A DNA stretch of 64,000 nucleotides from Pavona decussata. Lineage: Eukaryota. Made by a program: the position numbers and the translations under genes. The stretch spans positions 558,001-622,000 of the forward strand of contig CDRNST010000130.1 in the NCBI GenBank assembly GCA_977016875.1. Reading direction: 5' to 3'. A model generated the notes under the pieces. The model did not search any database. It saw only the letters and a list, made by a program, of their open reading frames with translations, and had not been told where the DNA came from. Shown here one piece after another: positions 37,941-50,649 of this stretch (the stretch's first letter is position 1; every line of letters begins with the position of its first letter).

Positions 37941-38365
37941 TTAAAATGAATAACATCAATATGACATTTGCGAACCACTTTGTTTGATATTTTAATGAGG
38001 ATCTTGTTAGTTACTAGAAACTACTCATACTACTACCGCTACTACTATATCAACAAAAGTGACCTAGAGGCCGTTATGTTTCTTGCATAATACTATCATG
38101 CTACCAAGTCTCCACAATAAAATGAGCAAAAGCCTTCATAGCATAGTTTTCCTTCTTTGTTTAGGCTACTTTTGACTAGAGGAAATGTACTTTAAAGCTG
38201 TTCCGTCCCGACAAGGATGTTTTGTCTTATTCATGTTGGCAACGATTTCACCCCAGAGTAGGCTCCTATTTTATAGGAAAATCTGTTTGTGATAATCACG
38301 AGGAATAAATTTGAAAATCAAAGGAAACTGAAAGTGTTTTTAAAATTAGCTGTAACCTGCTTTAA

Positions 38366-40230
38366 CCCTTTCCCCCTAAGGGAGATAATAGGGACATGTA
38401 TCTTGTTCCCTCATGGCTTCTGGCCATAATTGAGTGATCTAAGGAGCCTTCAGAAAAAGTCCTCTATAGCAAAAACTAATCACTACTCAGACATATAATG
38501 CAGACAAAACTTGTAGCAAAATCTATGAGTTATTTAATTCCAATAAGAAATGTATAATATTTACAGTCAATAACAAGAAAATAAACTTGATTTGTGAACA
38601 TTTGTCTGTCTCCTTTCAACCACCATGTTTTCTACAGAAGCTCAAAGTATTCTATTTACAGTAAATGTTTACATTCAAGAAGTCAAAAACTACAAAAATT
38701 TAACTTACATTTCAATTCCATTGCCTGAATAATGCCAGCTAGTTTGAATGCAAAATACATTGATCGTGAGATTCAAATTTTGTGTCAATGTTACAAACCA
38801 GCCTCGGAGTCATTTGCAAATCACTCCATACAAGCCATTCGGCACCACTTTGTTTGCTTATTCTTTAAGCAATGCTTTCCAAAACACCAAGTTAATGCGA
38901 ACTAAATTCCCCGACAAAGTCCTTGTCAACTTGACGCGAAACTGTCGAGAGACCACAACAAGTAACGCCACCACTTGCGCGACTTGCGGCCCACAGCAAA
39001 TTTCTTTGCTGGTCGTTCAACACCTCCCATGTTCTCGTTGTCCGAGATGGTGGCATTGACAGTGGGAACTTGAATAACATTTCCATCACGTTGTTTCCTG
39101 TTGACTGTTTGGTCGCCAACTGGATTGGAGTGAGTGCTCAGAAATCAAACTAGTTTTTTGTCGTTCCAAACTGATGCGACCAGGTTTCCAGGGCAACAAA
39201 ATTTCGATTAACCCTTTCATAAGGCTTACACTTCAGCTGTTTGCGGCGACAAATCATTTGGAAAGCCTCGGTGACTGGAGCCAGTTGTTCCACACTGTAT
39301 GTGTCATCTCTCAGCAAATCACAAGCAAGTTAAATAGGTGTGAAAAAATTGTCACAGAATATGTGGTGATGCTTTCCAATGAATGATTCACTAAGTTCTC
39401 GCACAATGCGATAGCCAAGTCCGTGCTCTGTGATGCTGCCATCTTGTCTTCCTATATAAACTTGCAAGTTACAAACATAGCCATTCGATGAATCAGCGAA
39501 TTCCCAGACTTTTATGCCCCTGGTTATGGGTTTCAATAGAACGTATTGTTTCATGCTCAATTGTCCTTTGAAGGCGACCATTCCTTCGTCCACAGAAAGA
39601 TTCTGGCGAGGCCGACATTCTTCTCAACAGGCTTTCACAACTGCTTCGAGTAGAGTTCGAACTTTGAACAGTTTGTCATGATTTGATTGACTTCGTGGTA
39701 TCACATTTTCATTGTTATTAAGATGAAGGTACTCTGTCTGTTTATCAAATCTGTCTCTGGGCATTACTCTCTTTACTCTGAGGGTTTCGTCTGTGGACCA
39801 GTACAGAGATGTTTTGGGAAGGTTGTGATACCAAACAGCACGTAGGGTCCAAAGAATGCTTGCATTTCACCACTATGGGTTCATCAGGAAAAGAGGGCTG
39901 AAAAAAATCTTAGCACTACCATCTTTGGTATCTCCACTAAAAGCTTCAGCTCTCGCAGTAAAAGGTGTTACATTTATGGGAGTTCGATCGCGACTCCATC
40001 CGATTTTGCCATGTTCTTCATCATCTTCTGCGAATTTTAAGTCAAAAGATCTTCTGTGTTGACACTAGAAACAGAAATGTCACTTTCACTTTCACTCCTG
40101 TTCTTACTTTCCAAATCACTTGCATCTGAAAGCAGGGATGCCGCCATCACAGAACACTTGAGAAAATTTTCCCACTTAATTTGCTTGCATATTTTGTATG
40201 GAACAGTTGTCATGTGCATGGGTAAGAACT
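38366..40230 (-). mobile_element. piggyBac transposon relic (transposase pseudogene ~38710-40147; one terminus retained)
   Basis: TTAA|CCCTTT at 38362-38371; YWSTD..MPRDRF..YLHLNNN..DKLFKVR..LSVDEGMVAFKG..KQY..KP..GIKVW..CDNFFT (DDE_Tnp_1_7-type). Confidence 0.9.
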
Positions 40231-40699
40231 CTCCTGATAACCCATAGGTGCCCAGCAACAGATGGTGGTCTCTCCTTCAGGTTGGTGGGAATGTTAGGGT
40301 CATCTTTTGCTTGGTATCTGTCACAGCCCTCCTTGAGTTCTTTTTACGTTACCAGGAGCCAAGAGCCCTCGAATGCTTCCCTAGCATCTTCGGGACATGA
40401 CTTTTCTCTGGCTTCCGTTTGCCTCTGCTCATATCGCTGAAGGTCCCTCACGACCTGACTACGCAACATTTCCTCGGGGTCTGAGGAGACTAGTTCCAAG
40501 TTCTGGGTCGACATGCCTCTATTTGAGCCATTCCTGCTGCTCCTTTCTCGCCCCCTCCACTCTGCTCCTCTTGGTCTTTTCTGCCTGAAGCATATTTTGT
40601 AGGGCTCACCAAACGCTTGAACTAGTATGTGCTGAGCCTCCTGTCCATCGCCAGTTGATCGGACGGTCCAAAGTTTAGCCTTCTGATGAACACTTAAGA

Positions 40700-41630
40700 C
40701 ATTGCCTGCAACTGCTTACATACATCAAAATAGTCTGAGCGAGGGTGCCATTAAATCTCTCCATAAGCCCATCACATTGTGGATGATAGGAGGTTGTAAA
40801 AACCTTCGTGTCCATTAAATAACAGACCTCTTACAGTAGGCTGGACAGGAAATTGGAACCTCGATCTGACAACAGCGTTCGCGCCATGATTTCACTGACT
40901 AATAAATCCGCAATTGAGCAGCATCAATGGAGGGTACCAGGCCTTTCCCGATTGCGCTGGTAAAATCCTAAAAAGTGCTGGCAAAAATGCCTAAAAAGTG
41001 CTCAAAATCTCAAAATAGAGCTCAAAAAGTGCTAAAAGTTGTGAACACTTAGCTCTAAGCTTTTCGTAAATATGTCAATTTTTACTGAAGTAATTACTTA
41101 CAATCTATTTTAATCTATTTATTTGATCATGCTTCCATTTGTGCTCTTAAAAAAACTAAAGCCTGTTACGAATGTTTAATAAATTCAGCAGGACCGCCTA
41201 GACATCAGATGATTGAGAAATTTGAGATGACACACATGATACATCAGCCAATCAGAAACTTCTTTTCTCACGCTTTGTAAGGATAAGTCCACGTGCCTTT
41301 CCATGACAAGTCTTTTATTCTTGACAACATCACTAGTTATTCAAATTTATGACCTAGAACACGATTCTCATTGCGAGCGACAGTTTTTGCTTTAAAATGT
41401 TTTAGAAGACATCTGTTGCTCAAAATTTGGTCGAAATATGAAATATTGCTCAAATGCTGCCCAAAGTGCCAAAAAGTGCTTAAGGGTGCTAAAAATGCAA
41501 AAATACTGCTCCAAACTCAAAAGGGCTCTAAAGGTTCTCAGCGCAATCGGAAAGGCCTAGAAGGTACTGCAAAGGCCTCTGGGAAACAGGTTAAATAATC
41601 GCTGAAGACCACAATATATTAGTTCAGTAC
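40700..41630 (-). pseudogene. Gypsy-type LTR retrotransposon integrase core, split by a MITE
   Basis: YIVVFSDYLTCFPEAFAVP|SIDA..LLSDRGSNFLS..TTSYHPQCDGLMERFNGTL. Confidence 0.85.
40938..41559. mobile_element. hAT-type MITE (622 bp, 8-bp target duplication)
   Basis: TIRs CAGGCCTTTCCCGATTGCGCTG / CAGCGCAATCGGAAAGGCCTA; TSD GAGGGTAC / GAAGGTAC. Removal restores the Gypsy integrase frame. Confidence 0.88.
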
Positions 41631-41631
41631 A

Positions 41632-41800
41632 TAATAATAATAATAGTAATATTGATTTGTATTGCGCAAATATCAATCCAAGAAATTACATCTGCGCATT
41701 ACATTGACTCAACAAAATCCTAAATAAACCTAGTACATATTCCAACTTAGAAATCGTCTTATTTACAAATTGTTCCAACTACTGCATAAGTAAAAATAAT
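41632..41800 (-). mobile_element. LINE 3' UTR/tail fragment
   Basis: (AAT)n followed by tttgtattgcgca..tgcgcatt, like the inserts at 8685 and 37254. Confidence 0.5.
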
Positions 41801-42564
41801 ATACAAATCCTTCATAATAAATACCATCAAGTTTACAAATGGTAGCCTGCTGCTGATAAAAGAAAATGGAAAGAAAGAAATTGCCACCAGAATGGCAACA
41901 TAATTACGGACATGACTGATCAAAAGCAGCATAAATTTGACATCACCATGATTGGCATATTTTACTTCATGGTTCAGGTACGCTTTTTGAGGCAAAGGTT
42001 TCGTCTCTGACCAATTTCACACGCAATTAAAATAAAAAATAATAATAAATGACTTCATTTAAGTGTTGAAGCGTTTAACGCTGCAGCGCTAATTGTAGAC
42101 ACTTTAAACCGCTGTAATAAATGTGCAAACTAAAAATAATATTGATGGGAGGCAAATCAGTTAGCTATTTACGAAGTGTGGCCTTGGCCACCACTAGGCC
42201 ACACCGCCTCCCACTAAAAGTTTTGAAAACAATTTTATAATTGTCCTCTGTGCGTTTAGTGCCTTAGACTAAGTCGCATGCAAAAATGGACCTTTAGATA
42301 TCTGTATCCATTAGTCTACCCTCATCAGACTCGTGAAGCAACTTTGAGCTCCTATGTAACCCAAAATAAAACTGGTTGCGTTTTAGTTTAAGGAAGCCCC
42401 CAGAAGGCCCTTGCAAAGATGATCTGCCATAACTATAGCCAAAAGAACATACTGTCGGATCAGATTTTGCATCTAAAGTGAGAGGGAGGAAATGAGGGTA
42501 ATGGAGAATTGCCCAAAGGAAAATTAACGATGCTTGCTTCCAAAGAAATTGAGACAGCCAAAGT

Positions 42565-43480
42565 GGCATAAGTCAGCTCCCAAGCATCATCAAGCTCAGC
42601 CCATCCACTGGCGTGGTTGTCTGTGCCACTCAAAAACTCACCATCACAGTGTACTTGTGGACTTTAGCTATCATCCATAGTGCTTTGTGTATCCCACCCA
42701 CTCGACTGTGGACTTTAAGCCATTATCGATGAGAAGTCCGTTGAACTTTGGCTTGTCAACACTAAAGCACTTGTCCATTGCATAAAATCGCCCCCCAAGT
42801 AATAAAACAAGTGGCCTGCTGTAATTTATCACAATAACTTCGTCCTCTTCTTGTTTGTGGCTGGACTTGGATCTTTACAGATGTTGTTAGGCGTGCTCTT
42901 GTTTTTGACTTTCTTTGCCCGTTCGACGGTGTCTTCTCCGTCAGAGAACTGCAAAGAAGGAAAATATGCTTCTTGTAAGATGACAACACCTTGTTTGAGG
43001 ATAAATCTGCACACAACGTGCCTTCATACTACAACAAACACAGTGCATCACACAATGGGCACATGTCAGAACGGCATAGTCACATTTATGCACGTTGATA
43101 GGATAAACTTACAACCACAAGCAAATGAGAAAAGTCCAACACAAGAAAAGTCCAATACGAAGGCCCTTGAAAACAAATACACTGGCACATGCAATGAAGG
43201 TTTCTACCCATTTCAACAGGTCGAGTGAATAAATCACTTCAATCACCAAAGCGCCCTAGATCAGCAAAGAACTACGCTGACTTTTTCTTACTCACTCCTA
43301 TTTCATCATCCGGTTTCCAAAACATGTGATCCATTAATCAGCGACAAAATTTGCAATACCGACCTTGTTGATCGATGTGATTAATAATGAATTTCTTAAA
43401 ACCATCCCGCATAATTTCATCGTGTCAACCACACCTCTCTTGTTGGGAAAACAAATACTGCTCTAACAAATCCTTAGAAC
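42565..43480 (-). repeat. Orphan module X, upstream half
   Basis: Colinear with 51560-52315 and 32890-33700. Confidence 0.85.
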
Positions 43481-43949
43481 GCTTGTTCCAACACTTCACT
43501 GAATACAAAGAATTTGCCAATTCAAGGTTTCGCTTGAACAACTCATTCTCTAATCTATAAATATACTCGAGCAGATTCATGTATTCCAACGTCTGCAAAT
43601 CTTTTATAGCAAGAAGACCGGTCTCGACATTTAGGAAACAACGCTTTCTTAAATGCAACCAAGGAAGAAGACTAACTCCCACTAAGTCCCACTGACAAAT
43701 ACACACAGCCTACAACACTGTCATCCAATGGTTTTTTTTTGTAAAAACAACAATATACAAGCAAGCACAAGTTGAATGAGAGGAATGAAAATTGTGTGAG
43801 AAAAACAAGTGCTTAAAAACTAAACATGTAAAGTCCACAAGAATCACAGTCCCTTTGATTTGCTACTGGAATTGATTGTTGAATAATCCAAGTCAAAGGA
43901 ATCTTCTCCGTCTATTTTGTGGTATAACAAAGACAAAATTTATAAAAAA

Positions 43950-45010
43950 TCAGGGAAACTAGTTGGCCCGTCTCCTGGGGCAGGCATAATGGATACTCTT
44001 GCATCAACTGGTGCAGATATGTTAATTCAGCATGGAATACCTGGGATGGGTAAGAAAGCAGTTGAAATAGGCCGATATTATGGGTCTGAAGCACTTAGAA
44101 ACCCCAAACTGCAGAAGAAAGCTATTGATTATGCTCTTTCTAAGGCAACTCTTTTTATTCAAAAGACTTGGATCAGAGATGTTGGATCAATTATCAACCA
44201 AAATACGACCCAAAAGAAGGTACAAAACGGACCGCAAGGGTCTGGATAGTGGTACAATATTAAGTCAATAAGAAACTCCAGGAAAAGCAGCTGACAAGTC
44301 AATGGACATCATTCAGAAATTAGTTCCATCAACGAAAGAGGTGTTCGATAGATACAAATCTGGAGACATTGCCAAAAGTGCATTCAGTACAGATATTTGA
44401 TTATTTTCCAAACAGTTCTGGACTGTAAAAGCTGGCAAGAAAACATTAGAAAAATACAAAGATTATCCATGTGATAGTGTGGTTCAGATTGAAAGCAAAT
44501 ATCATAACACACCATTGTGTGAGAGTTATCGTGCGATTGGTTGGCAGCCACCAAATTGGGGAGAATATGAGAGAGGAATTGGAGGAAGACCGATAAGTGG
44601 TGGTTCAATTGATATACACAAGGCTATCGCAAAGCTTACGAAACCAAAGGCTGGTTGGACTCTTCCTGGACACAAATATACTGGTCCATACAATGAATTG
44701 GAGAATCAAGTCAAATGGGATCCAAAAACGGGACAAATATTAGAAATATACGACAAACCAACTGGCAAAACTGATGCAATAGCTATGCAACATGACGTTG
44801 ATTATTCAGTCTGCAAAGATGACAAAAAATGCAAAAACAAAGCTGATAAAAAGATGGTTCAAGCATTGGATAATGTGCCATATTATGAGCGTCAGTGGGG
44901 TCATTGGTTGGCTCAAAATATGATAAATACAAAACAGAAACTAGGTCTTAGGGTTCCAAAAAACGTCAAAGGCCGTAGGATAAAGAGAAAAACTGGCAAC
45001 AAAAAAATAG
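43950..45010 (+). pseudogene. Adintovirus/Polinton core-protein-like gene ending in a parvovirus-type PLA2 domain (PLA2X)
   Basis: GAGIMDTL..YYGSEALRNPKLQKKAIDYAL upstream; GWTLPGHKYTGPYN and DAIAMQHDVDY correspond to the YxGP calcium loop and DxxAxxHDxxY catalytic motif. Confidence 0.85.
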
Positions 45011-45927
45011 CCAATGAGCTGCATAAACCCATAAAGCAAAACTTTACTCGGCGGCGTGTTATTGTAAATAATATTGAAGTAATATGGGCTGCTGATCTTG
45101 TTGAAATGTAACAATTCAGTAGATGGAATAAAGGTAAAAAGTATCTTCTCATGGTTATAGACGTTTTCAGCAAATACAGCTGGATTGTCCCATTATAAGA
45201 TAAAAAAGGTGAAACTATAACTAAAGCATTTCAAAGCATATTCAAAGAGTGTCAAAAACCGGAGTATCTGTGGACTGATAAAGGCTCAGAGTTCTACAAC
45301 AAACATTTCAAAGACTTGCTCAATGAACATAACATAACACGGTATTCGACTGAAAATGAAGAAAAATCATCAGTGGTAGAGCATTGGAGTCAAACAATTA
45401 AAAATAAAATGTGGAAGCAAGTCACCGTCCGAGGCAATACACTGTATTTGGATATGTTGCCTGAAATATTGAAACAGTAGAACAACACCAAACATGGTTC
45501 AATAAAAATGATGCCGGCAGAAGCTAGTAAAAAGATGAATGAAGGGACTGTTTACTTCAATCTATATGGCAATTTGAAACAATTATCATCCAAACCAAAA
45601 TTTAAAGTTGGTGACAAGTTTCGAATATCAAAGTACAAAAGAAAAGTGTTCGATAAAGGTTACGCATCAAAGTGGACAGAAGAGGTGTTCATTATCGATA
45701 AAATTCAATACACCAATCCAATCACATACAAGGATCTCAATGATGAAGAAATAAAAGGAAGTTTTTATGAGCTGGAGTTATTGAAAGCAAAGCAGAAGAT
45801 ATTTAGAATCGATAAAGTTATGAGGAGAGATTACAAGAAGAAACAAGCTTTGGTCAAGTGGAAAGGATACAATGATGACTTTAACTCTTGGATACTATTG
45901 AAGGATTTGGTTGATGTGCAAAAATAA
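44990..45927 (+). pseudogene. Polinton retroviral-like integrase with chromodomain (in-frame stops)
   Basis: ANELHKP..RRRV..WAADLVEM*..YLLMVIDVFSKY..LWTDKGSEFYN..KSSVVE..KFKVGD..FDKGY..WTEEVF..ALVKWKGY..FNSW. Confidence 0.93.
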
Positions 45928-46714
45928 TATAACCAGTGTTGTAGCGATACAGTCACTGCCTCACGAATATTTAATAGCGAAGTCTATCCAAGAATAAATC
46001 TATTGTTGGGTGGACTATAATGCAAGATAAAGGATATTCTTATCACAAAAAGCGTCTACCAACATGAGAACGATGAAAGTGGAGAAATAAATGTCCAATG
46101 CGCCAAGAACAGGAACGATAATATGGCAAACACAAACGTTTACAAAATGGCGGACACTTCAAATAAAAGACTAGTGTCCAGTCCCCTTGGGATTGTGTCG
46201 ACGTATACATGCAATAACCCGCAGAAAAGCGCATGCGTATGAATCCAAGTTAAGCAATATTAAGCATTATACAGAAAAATAGTACCACAAGTGTAAAAAT
46301 TTCAGAACAGAGTAAACTATATAGGTGATCGGCTCATCGTCATTGTTGGAACCTAGGGTGGTGAACGCTGGCCCCTGTCTGAAACCTGTTTGACGGCTCA
46401 TGCAGATGGTGAATTACTGAGTAGTGGGGGATGTCTTCCAGTGGACGGTACCTACGGGTGAGCCCACTCAGGCCCTACTGGTAACAGGGGGTGCTCAGAG
46501 TTCGTCCCAGGACTCAACCTCTGTCCCAGAGGTAAAAAGGCAAGAACAGCCACCGAGCACCCCCCGACAAGGATTTTGTCCATTTTCATGACTAGTCACA
46601 CAACGTCAAGTGTGACAGTAATGGCACCCAGTCACACAAAATATTCTGTTAATCCATAAATTTAAATTATGTTATTTGTAATTCAGATTTAAAAACAAAA
46701 ATTTAAGAATATGG

Positions 46715-47440
46715 ATAGAAATGCAATTAACGAAAACAGGGGAAAAACACCACATATATGTATTAATTAAGGCTCTATCGTCTTTGAAAATAGCAATTTG
46801 GAAGAACTGGCCAAAAGTTGTATCAAGATGGGTGCAAATGATCCTTAAAACACCATATGTGTGTATTAATTGGAAAAATGATAAATTCAAAATGGCAATC
46901 TCTCAAAACGGGGCAAAAGTAGTGTATTCATGGGTGAATTAGCGCCCAAAACATCTTTCAGGTGGAAAAATGAAGATCTCGTAAAATGAGGTAAAAGTAG
47001 TGTCAGCACAGGTGAAAAGGGGCGGAAAAACACCTTATGTATGCATGAATTGAAAAAAATGTGCTGAAACCCTCAAATTAGTCACTAATGTTTTAATTGA
47101 AATTTTCTATCTTTTATGTCCCTCTTTAACCAGCCTAGCTGGTTCCTTCAATTTATATCGGTTCCCTTCCCACTGAAAGGTTTCGAATTCAATTACATTG
47201 GTTCCCGTTGTCTCCCCGCTTCTTTTGCCTAACCACACCATCAACCAAAAATTGCAATTTCTGTAACTTGAGTTGGCGCCATCCCATATGAAGTTTTTGG
47301 CCCCCGTTCACCTGTGCTGACATTACTTTTCCCCATTTTGAGATCGCCCTTTTTCAAATTCAAAGACAATAGACCCCCAATTCATGCATACATATAGTGT
47401 TTTTCACCCCTTTTTCTTCAATTGCATTTTTTTAGCCACT
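46715..47440. repeat. Diverged ~100-bp tandem units with an inverted copy, enclosing a module-X fragment
   Basis: aaaacacc..atgt.t..at.aatt recurs at ~46743, 46847 and 47027; gtcagcacaggtgaa (47003) is inverted at ~47306; catgaattg is inverted at ~47379. Confidence 0.6.
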
Positions 47441-47819
47441 TTTTGAAATACCTTTGAATTCAGTAAGGGTATCCGAATGATAGTTTCAAGCCCAAAAACA
47501 ACCATCTTTTTGATAATAATTTTTCAGTCAAGGCTTAAAAGGATATTTTCTTATTGCGAAAACAGGTTTTGCCTTCACTAAACACATAGCACGGCCGATG
47601 AGTGCTTCATTTTCGCATTGCAGATTACTGTTGAAATGGCACAACATTCAGATGTAAATCTTTAGTCGACAACGAAAATGATACAAACCATAGAACTTAC
47701 CTTAGTAACGTTCATCCGGACGTCTGAAAACGACCTACCGGATAACACCAGAAACGTGTAATGCCCGCCTGCTGCTTGGGCTGAATGCAACATTAAACTT
47801 CCAATTTTGTCGAGGTCCC

Positions 47820-48385
47820 TTGGATTTCATGTGATGTCACCAAATTCTAGCATTCAAAACCAGGAGGCCTATAAAAGTTTTACCTTTATTCAAGGAAATA
47901 TTACCTAAAAATATGTCTTTTTACAATTTCTTTATAGCTCGATGCGTACTTCCTTTTGAACATAGAACGGTTTCAATTTCCGAGGTTTCATCGTGTGTAA
48001 CATCAAGAGGACGGCCGTGACAGAGCTGTTCCGTATCTTAAAAATGCCTTTTCGGGTGATTTTGAACATTCTAAACAATCTAAGTTTGAGGAGAAATATT
48101 TGTCTTGACATTCGAAAATTCACAAGGGAAAACAAACCTCTTCTGGCAAAGGAGAACTCAAGATGTTTTTTCCTATTTCCGGTCGCCATGTTTGTGTCCC
48201 TCTGAGGGACGCCAACATGGCGTCTTCATACTAAGCTCTATAAATTTGTGTGAAACATTTTGTCAAATAACTCTAGTACGGTATACCATACAGACCTTAC
48301 ACTTGGATAGGTTTCTTATTTACTTATCTATAACATGTCAATTTCTTGACTTCATTAATGGAATAGTTTCAATTTTTTTTTCACA
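47820..48385. repeat. Abundant interspersed repeat with gccatgtttgtgtccctc/gagggacgccaacatggc hairpin
   Basis: Internal inverted repeat at ~48185-48222; resembles a common coral non-autonomous element as I recall it. Confidence 0.55.
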
Positions 48386-48394
48386 CACGGGGCA

Positions 48395-49190
48395 ATGGAA
48401 ACACGGATGGACGGGGAAACTCTTCAAAATCACTTGGGTAAAAGCCTTTCTCCTGGGGAACACTCGCTGGCTGCGGGAAGGACCGAGATCTCTTACGGCA
48501 AGCGAATTTCTTTGAGACAGTAAAACCACACAGAACTTGGCTCCAACGTAGGGTTTAATACCAAAACTATAACCAAAGAAAATCTTACAAAGCACTTGTA
48601 TTTACGTGTAAAGCTAGTAAAGCATTTGAATTACATCATTTGCCAACGAGTCAGATTACAGCATACAACAATCATTTCTGAAAGTCTATTATACGAAATC
48701 TAAGCTTATTCTGAAACATTAATAACTTTCAAAAGCTACACAGGTGGATAACAGGTTAACAAAAGGCTAGCGCAGGTTACAATAACACTTCAACACTCAA
48801 TTACAGTTATGATCTTATAGAAACCGTTTACGCCTAAATGAATACAACAGGTTATGTTTATGGTTTAATGAACTTGAAACTAAGGAACTTAGTATTTTCT
48901 ACGTTGGTTTTTATATTTTTTATCAGCAAAGCAAATGAAACTTAATAGCTATAAATCCTCTCATGACATTCCTCTCATCTTAGCTCGAAACCCTCCTGGG
49001 TCGAGCAATAAAAAAAGAAAGAAAAAAAAAAAGTAATTGGATAAAAGTGCAGTGAGGAAAATTTGAAAAATAATTGGCTACATGAACTGTTTTTGTTTTT
49101 GATTTGTTTTGAAATGGTTTTGTATTTTTTTGTTGTTGTTTTGTTGGTGGTTTTTAACATTTTGTATTTATTTTTGTGCCTGAACCAATG
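48395..49190 (-). repeat. Module R1 copy containing a monomeric version of the 10.7-17.4 kb array unit
   Basis: Colinear with 10195-10850 and then 17350-17460, but the central ~260 bp of the unit is absent. Confidence 0.85.
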
Positions 49191-50217
49191 AAGGATGGCT
49201 TCCTTTAGCAAAGGCAGCAACATGGCTCGGTTGTTGTGATGGTGGCAAAGCTCCCGAGCACGATTGAAATCCACTTGACCGCACAGTTATTAGGAGCAGG
49301 CAACGCATACCTGGGTACTTGTCTTTCATGGTTGCTTCATTGTGGACAGATATTGTGATAATGAACACTCATGCTACAAGAAAAACATACGGGTCGCCCA
49401 TCGCTTGATGTTTCCCAATCGGTTGAGGCTCTCTTCCTCGTTGTGCAAGGCCATTAAATGCATACATCCACCAGTCTTTCTAAACTAGTAATTTGATACA
49501 GCACGTGGCTTTCCATGCATTGCACAAGTTTGGTAAATTCGTCAAACTGATGTTGATAGTACTTTTGTAGTTCTGAATAAGTGGCAACTTTACTGAACTT
49601 TGTAGTTGAAAATGTAAGATCATTCAACTGTGTTTGTGTCTAAATTAGTGTTTGAAGAGACTGGTCGTGGGTATTGAGTGAAGCACTGGTAAATGTAGTG
49701 CGATCTTTTAATCTGACTATTTTCCATATTCTCATACATTATGAGATTGAATCAACAGTGCGGGCCACTTCCATTGCTTGTTGAAGTGTTTCCAGTATTT
49801 AGTCCGGACGTTTGACCTTTAATGGTTGTATCAATCCTTTGGTAAAATATGTTACTTTGTCCACCTCAGTCATATTTAGCCCACTGAATAGTTTGAGTAT
49901 GTGGTTAATGAATCTGACAATACTTCATTTTGACCCTGTCAGTGAGCAACTAAATGCTGTTGCTTAATCCAGGTGCGGTCTTAAGAAGAATATTGTTTCA
50001 ACAAGGCTTGCTTTGAGTTTTTAAAGCCTTCTCACTTTGTGGGTGGTAATTCAAACGTAGAAGTTACCACTGTTTCAGCACAACTACATTGATTCCTTGG
50101 ATTCCAAAACTAGGAAATTTCTCACTGAGAATATTTAAGAATAATCTTCTACACCTTTCCTCACGGGAATTTTTCGTTTTTCATTTTTACAAAATGGAAA
50201 TTTTCTTTACTGGTTAA

Positions 50218-50622
50218 AATTGGAAAACGCGAAATTTCTTGTTTTAAAATTAAAAGTGAAAGGTTTAAAAGGTAATTTTTATCCTGAAACAAAGAAGGAT
50301 TTGATTGAATTAATTCTTCAAAGCAAAGAATGCTGAGTTGAACCTACTCATTTTAAAATTGTTGAAATGGCAAGGAGAAATAAGATTTAATACCGTACAA
50401 TCCTCATGAAGTAAGTCAAGTTGAAAGAGGTTTTTGGACTTGCTACCAAATATGATAATCCCAGATGAAATACATATTTACAAGGTTGAACAATAACTTT
50501 GAATTCACCACTAGCACAGAAGAGATGGATGGAGTGAATGAAAGCGCAACAAAACTTGCAATGTGGTTAAAAATGGACAAACCATAGTCAACAATGTTGA
50601 ATATAAATTTAAAAGAAAATAA
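50218..50622 (+). pseudogene. Degenerate homologue of the 62916-63323 Polinton accessory ORF
   Basis: FLVLKLKVKG..TKKDLIELILQS..VEP..IVEMARRNKI..FEFTT..VEYKFKRK versus FLDLKLKVRG..TKNDLIELIKQS..VQP..LVEIAKKKQI..FEFAT..VEYDFKRE. Confidence 0.75.
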
Positions 50623-50649
50623 ATAAATCCTTATTTTTTAAGGGAAATA

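Noticed and set aside
44479-45111. Natural in-frame PLA2-integrase fusion in copy 1
   Set aside because: Copy 2 shows the two genes in different frames; copy 1 has one extra A at ~45001-45008 that creates the apparent fusion.
38366-46000. Teratorn-like piggyBac-virus fusion
   Set aside because: The piggyBac is truncated and separated from Polinton genes by Gypsy, MITE and LINE debris; no herpesvirus genes or second terminus were seen.
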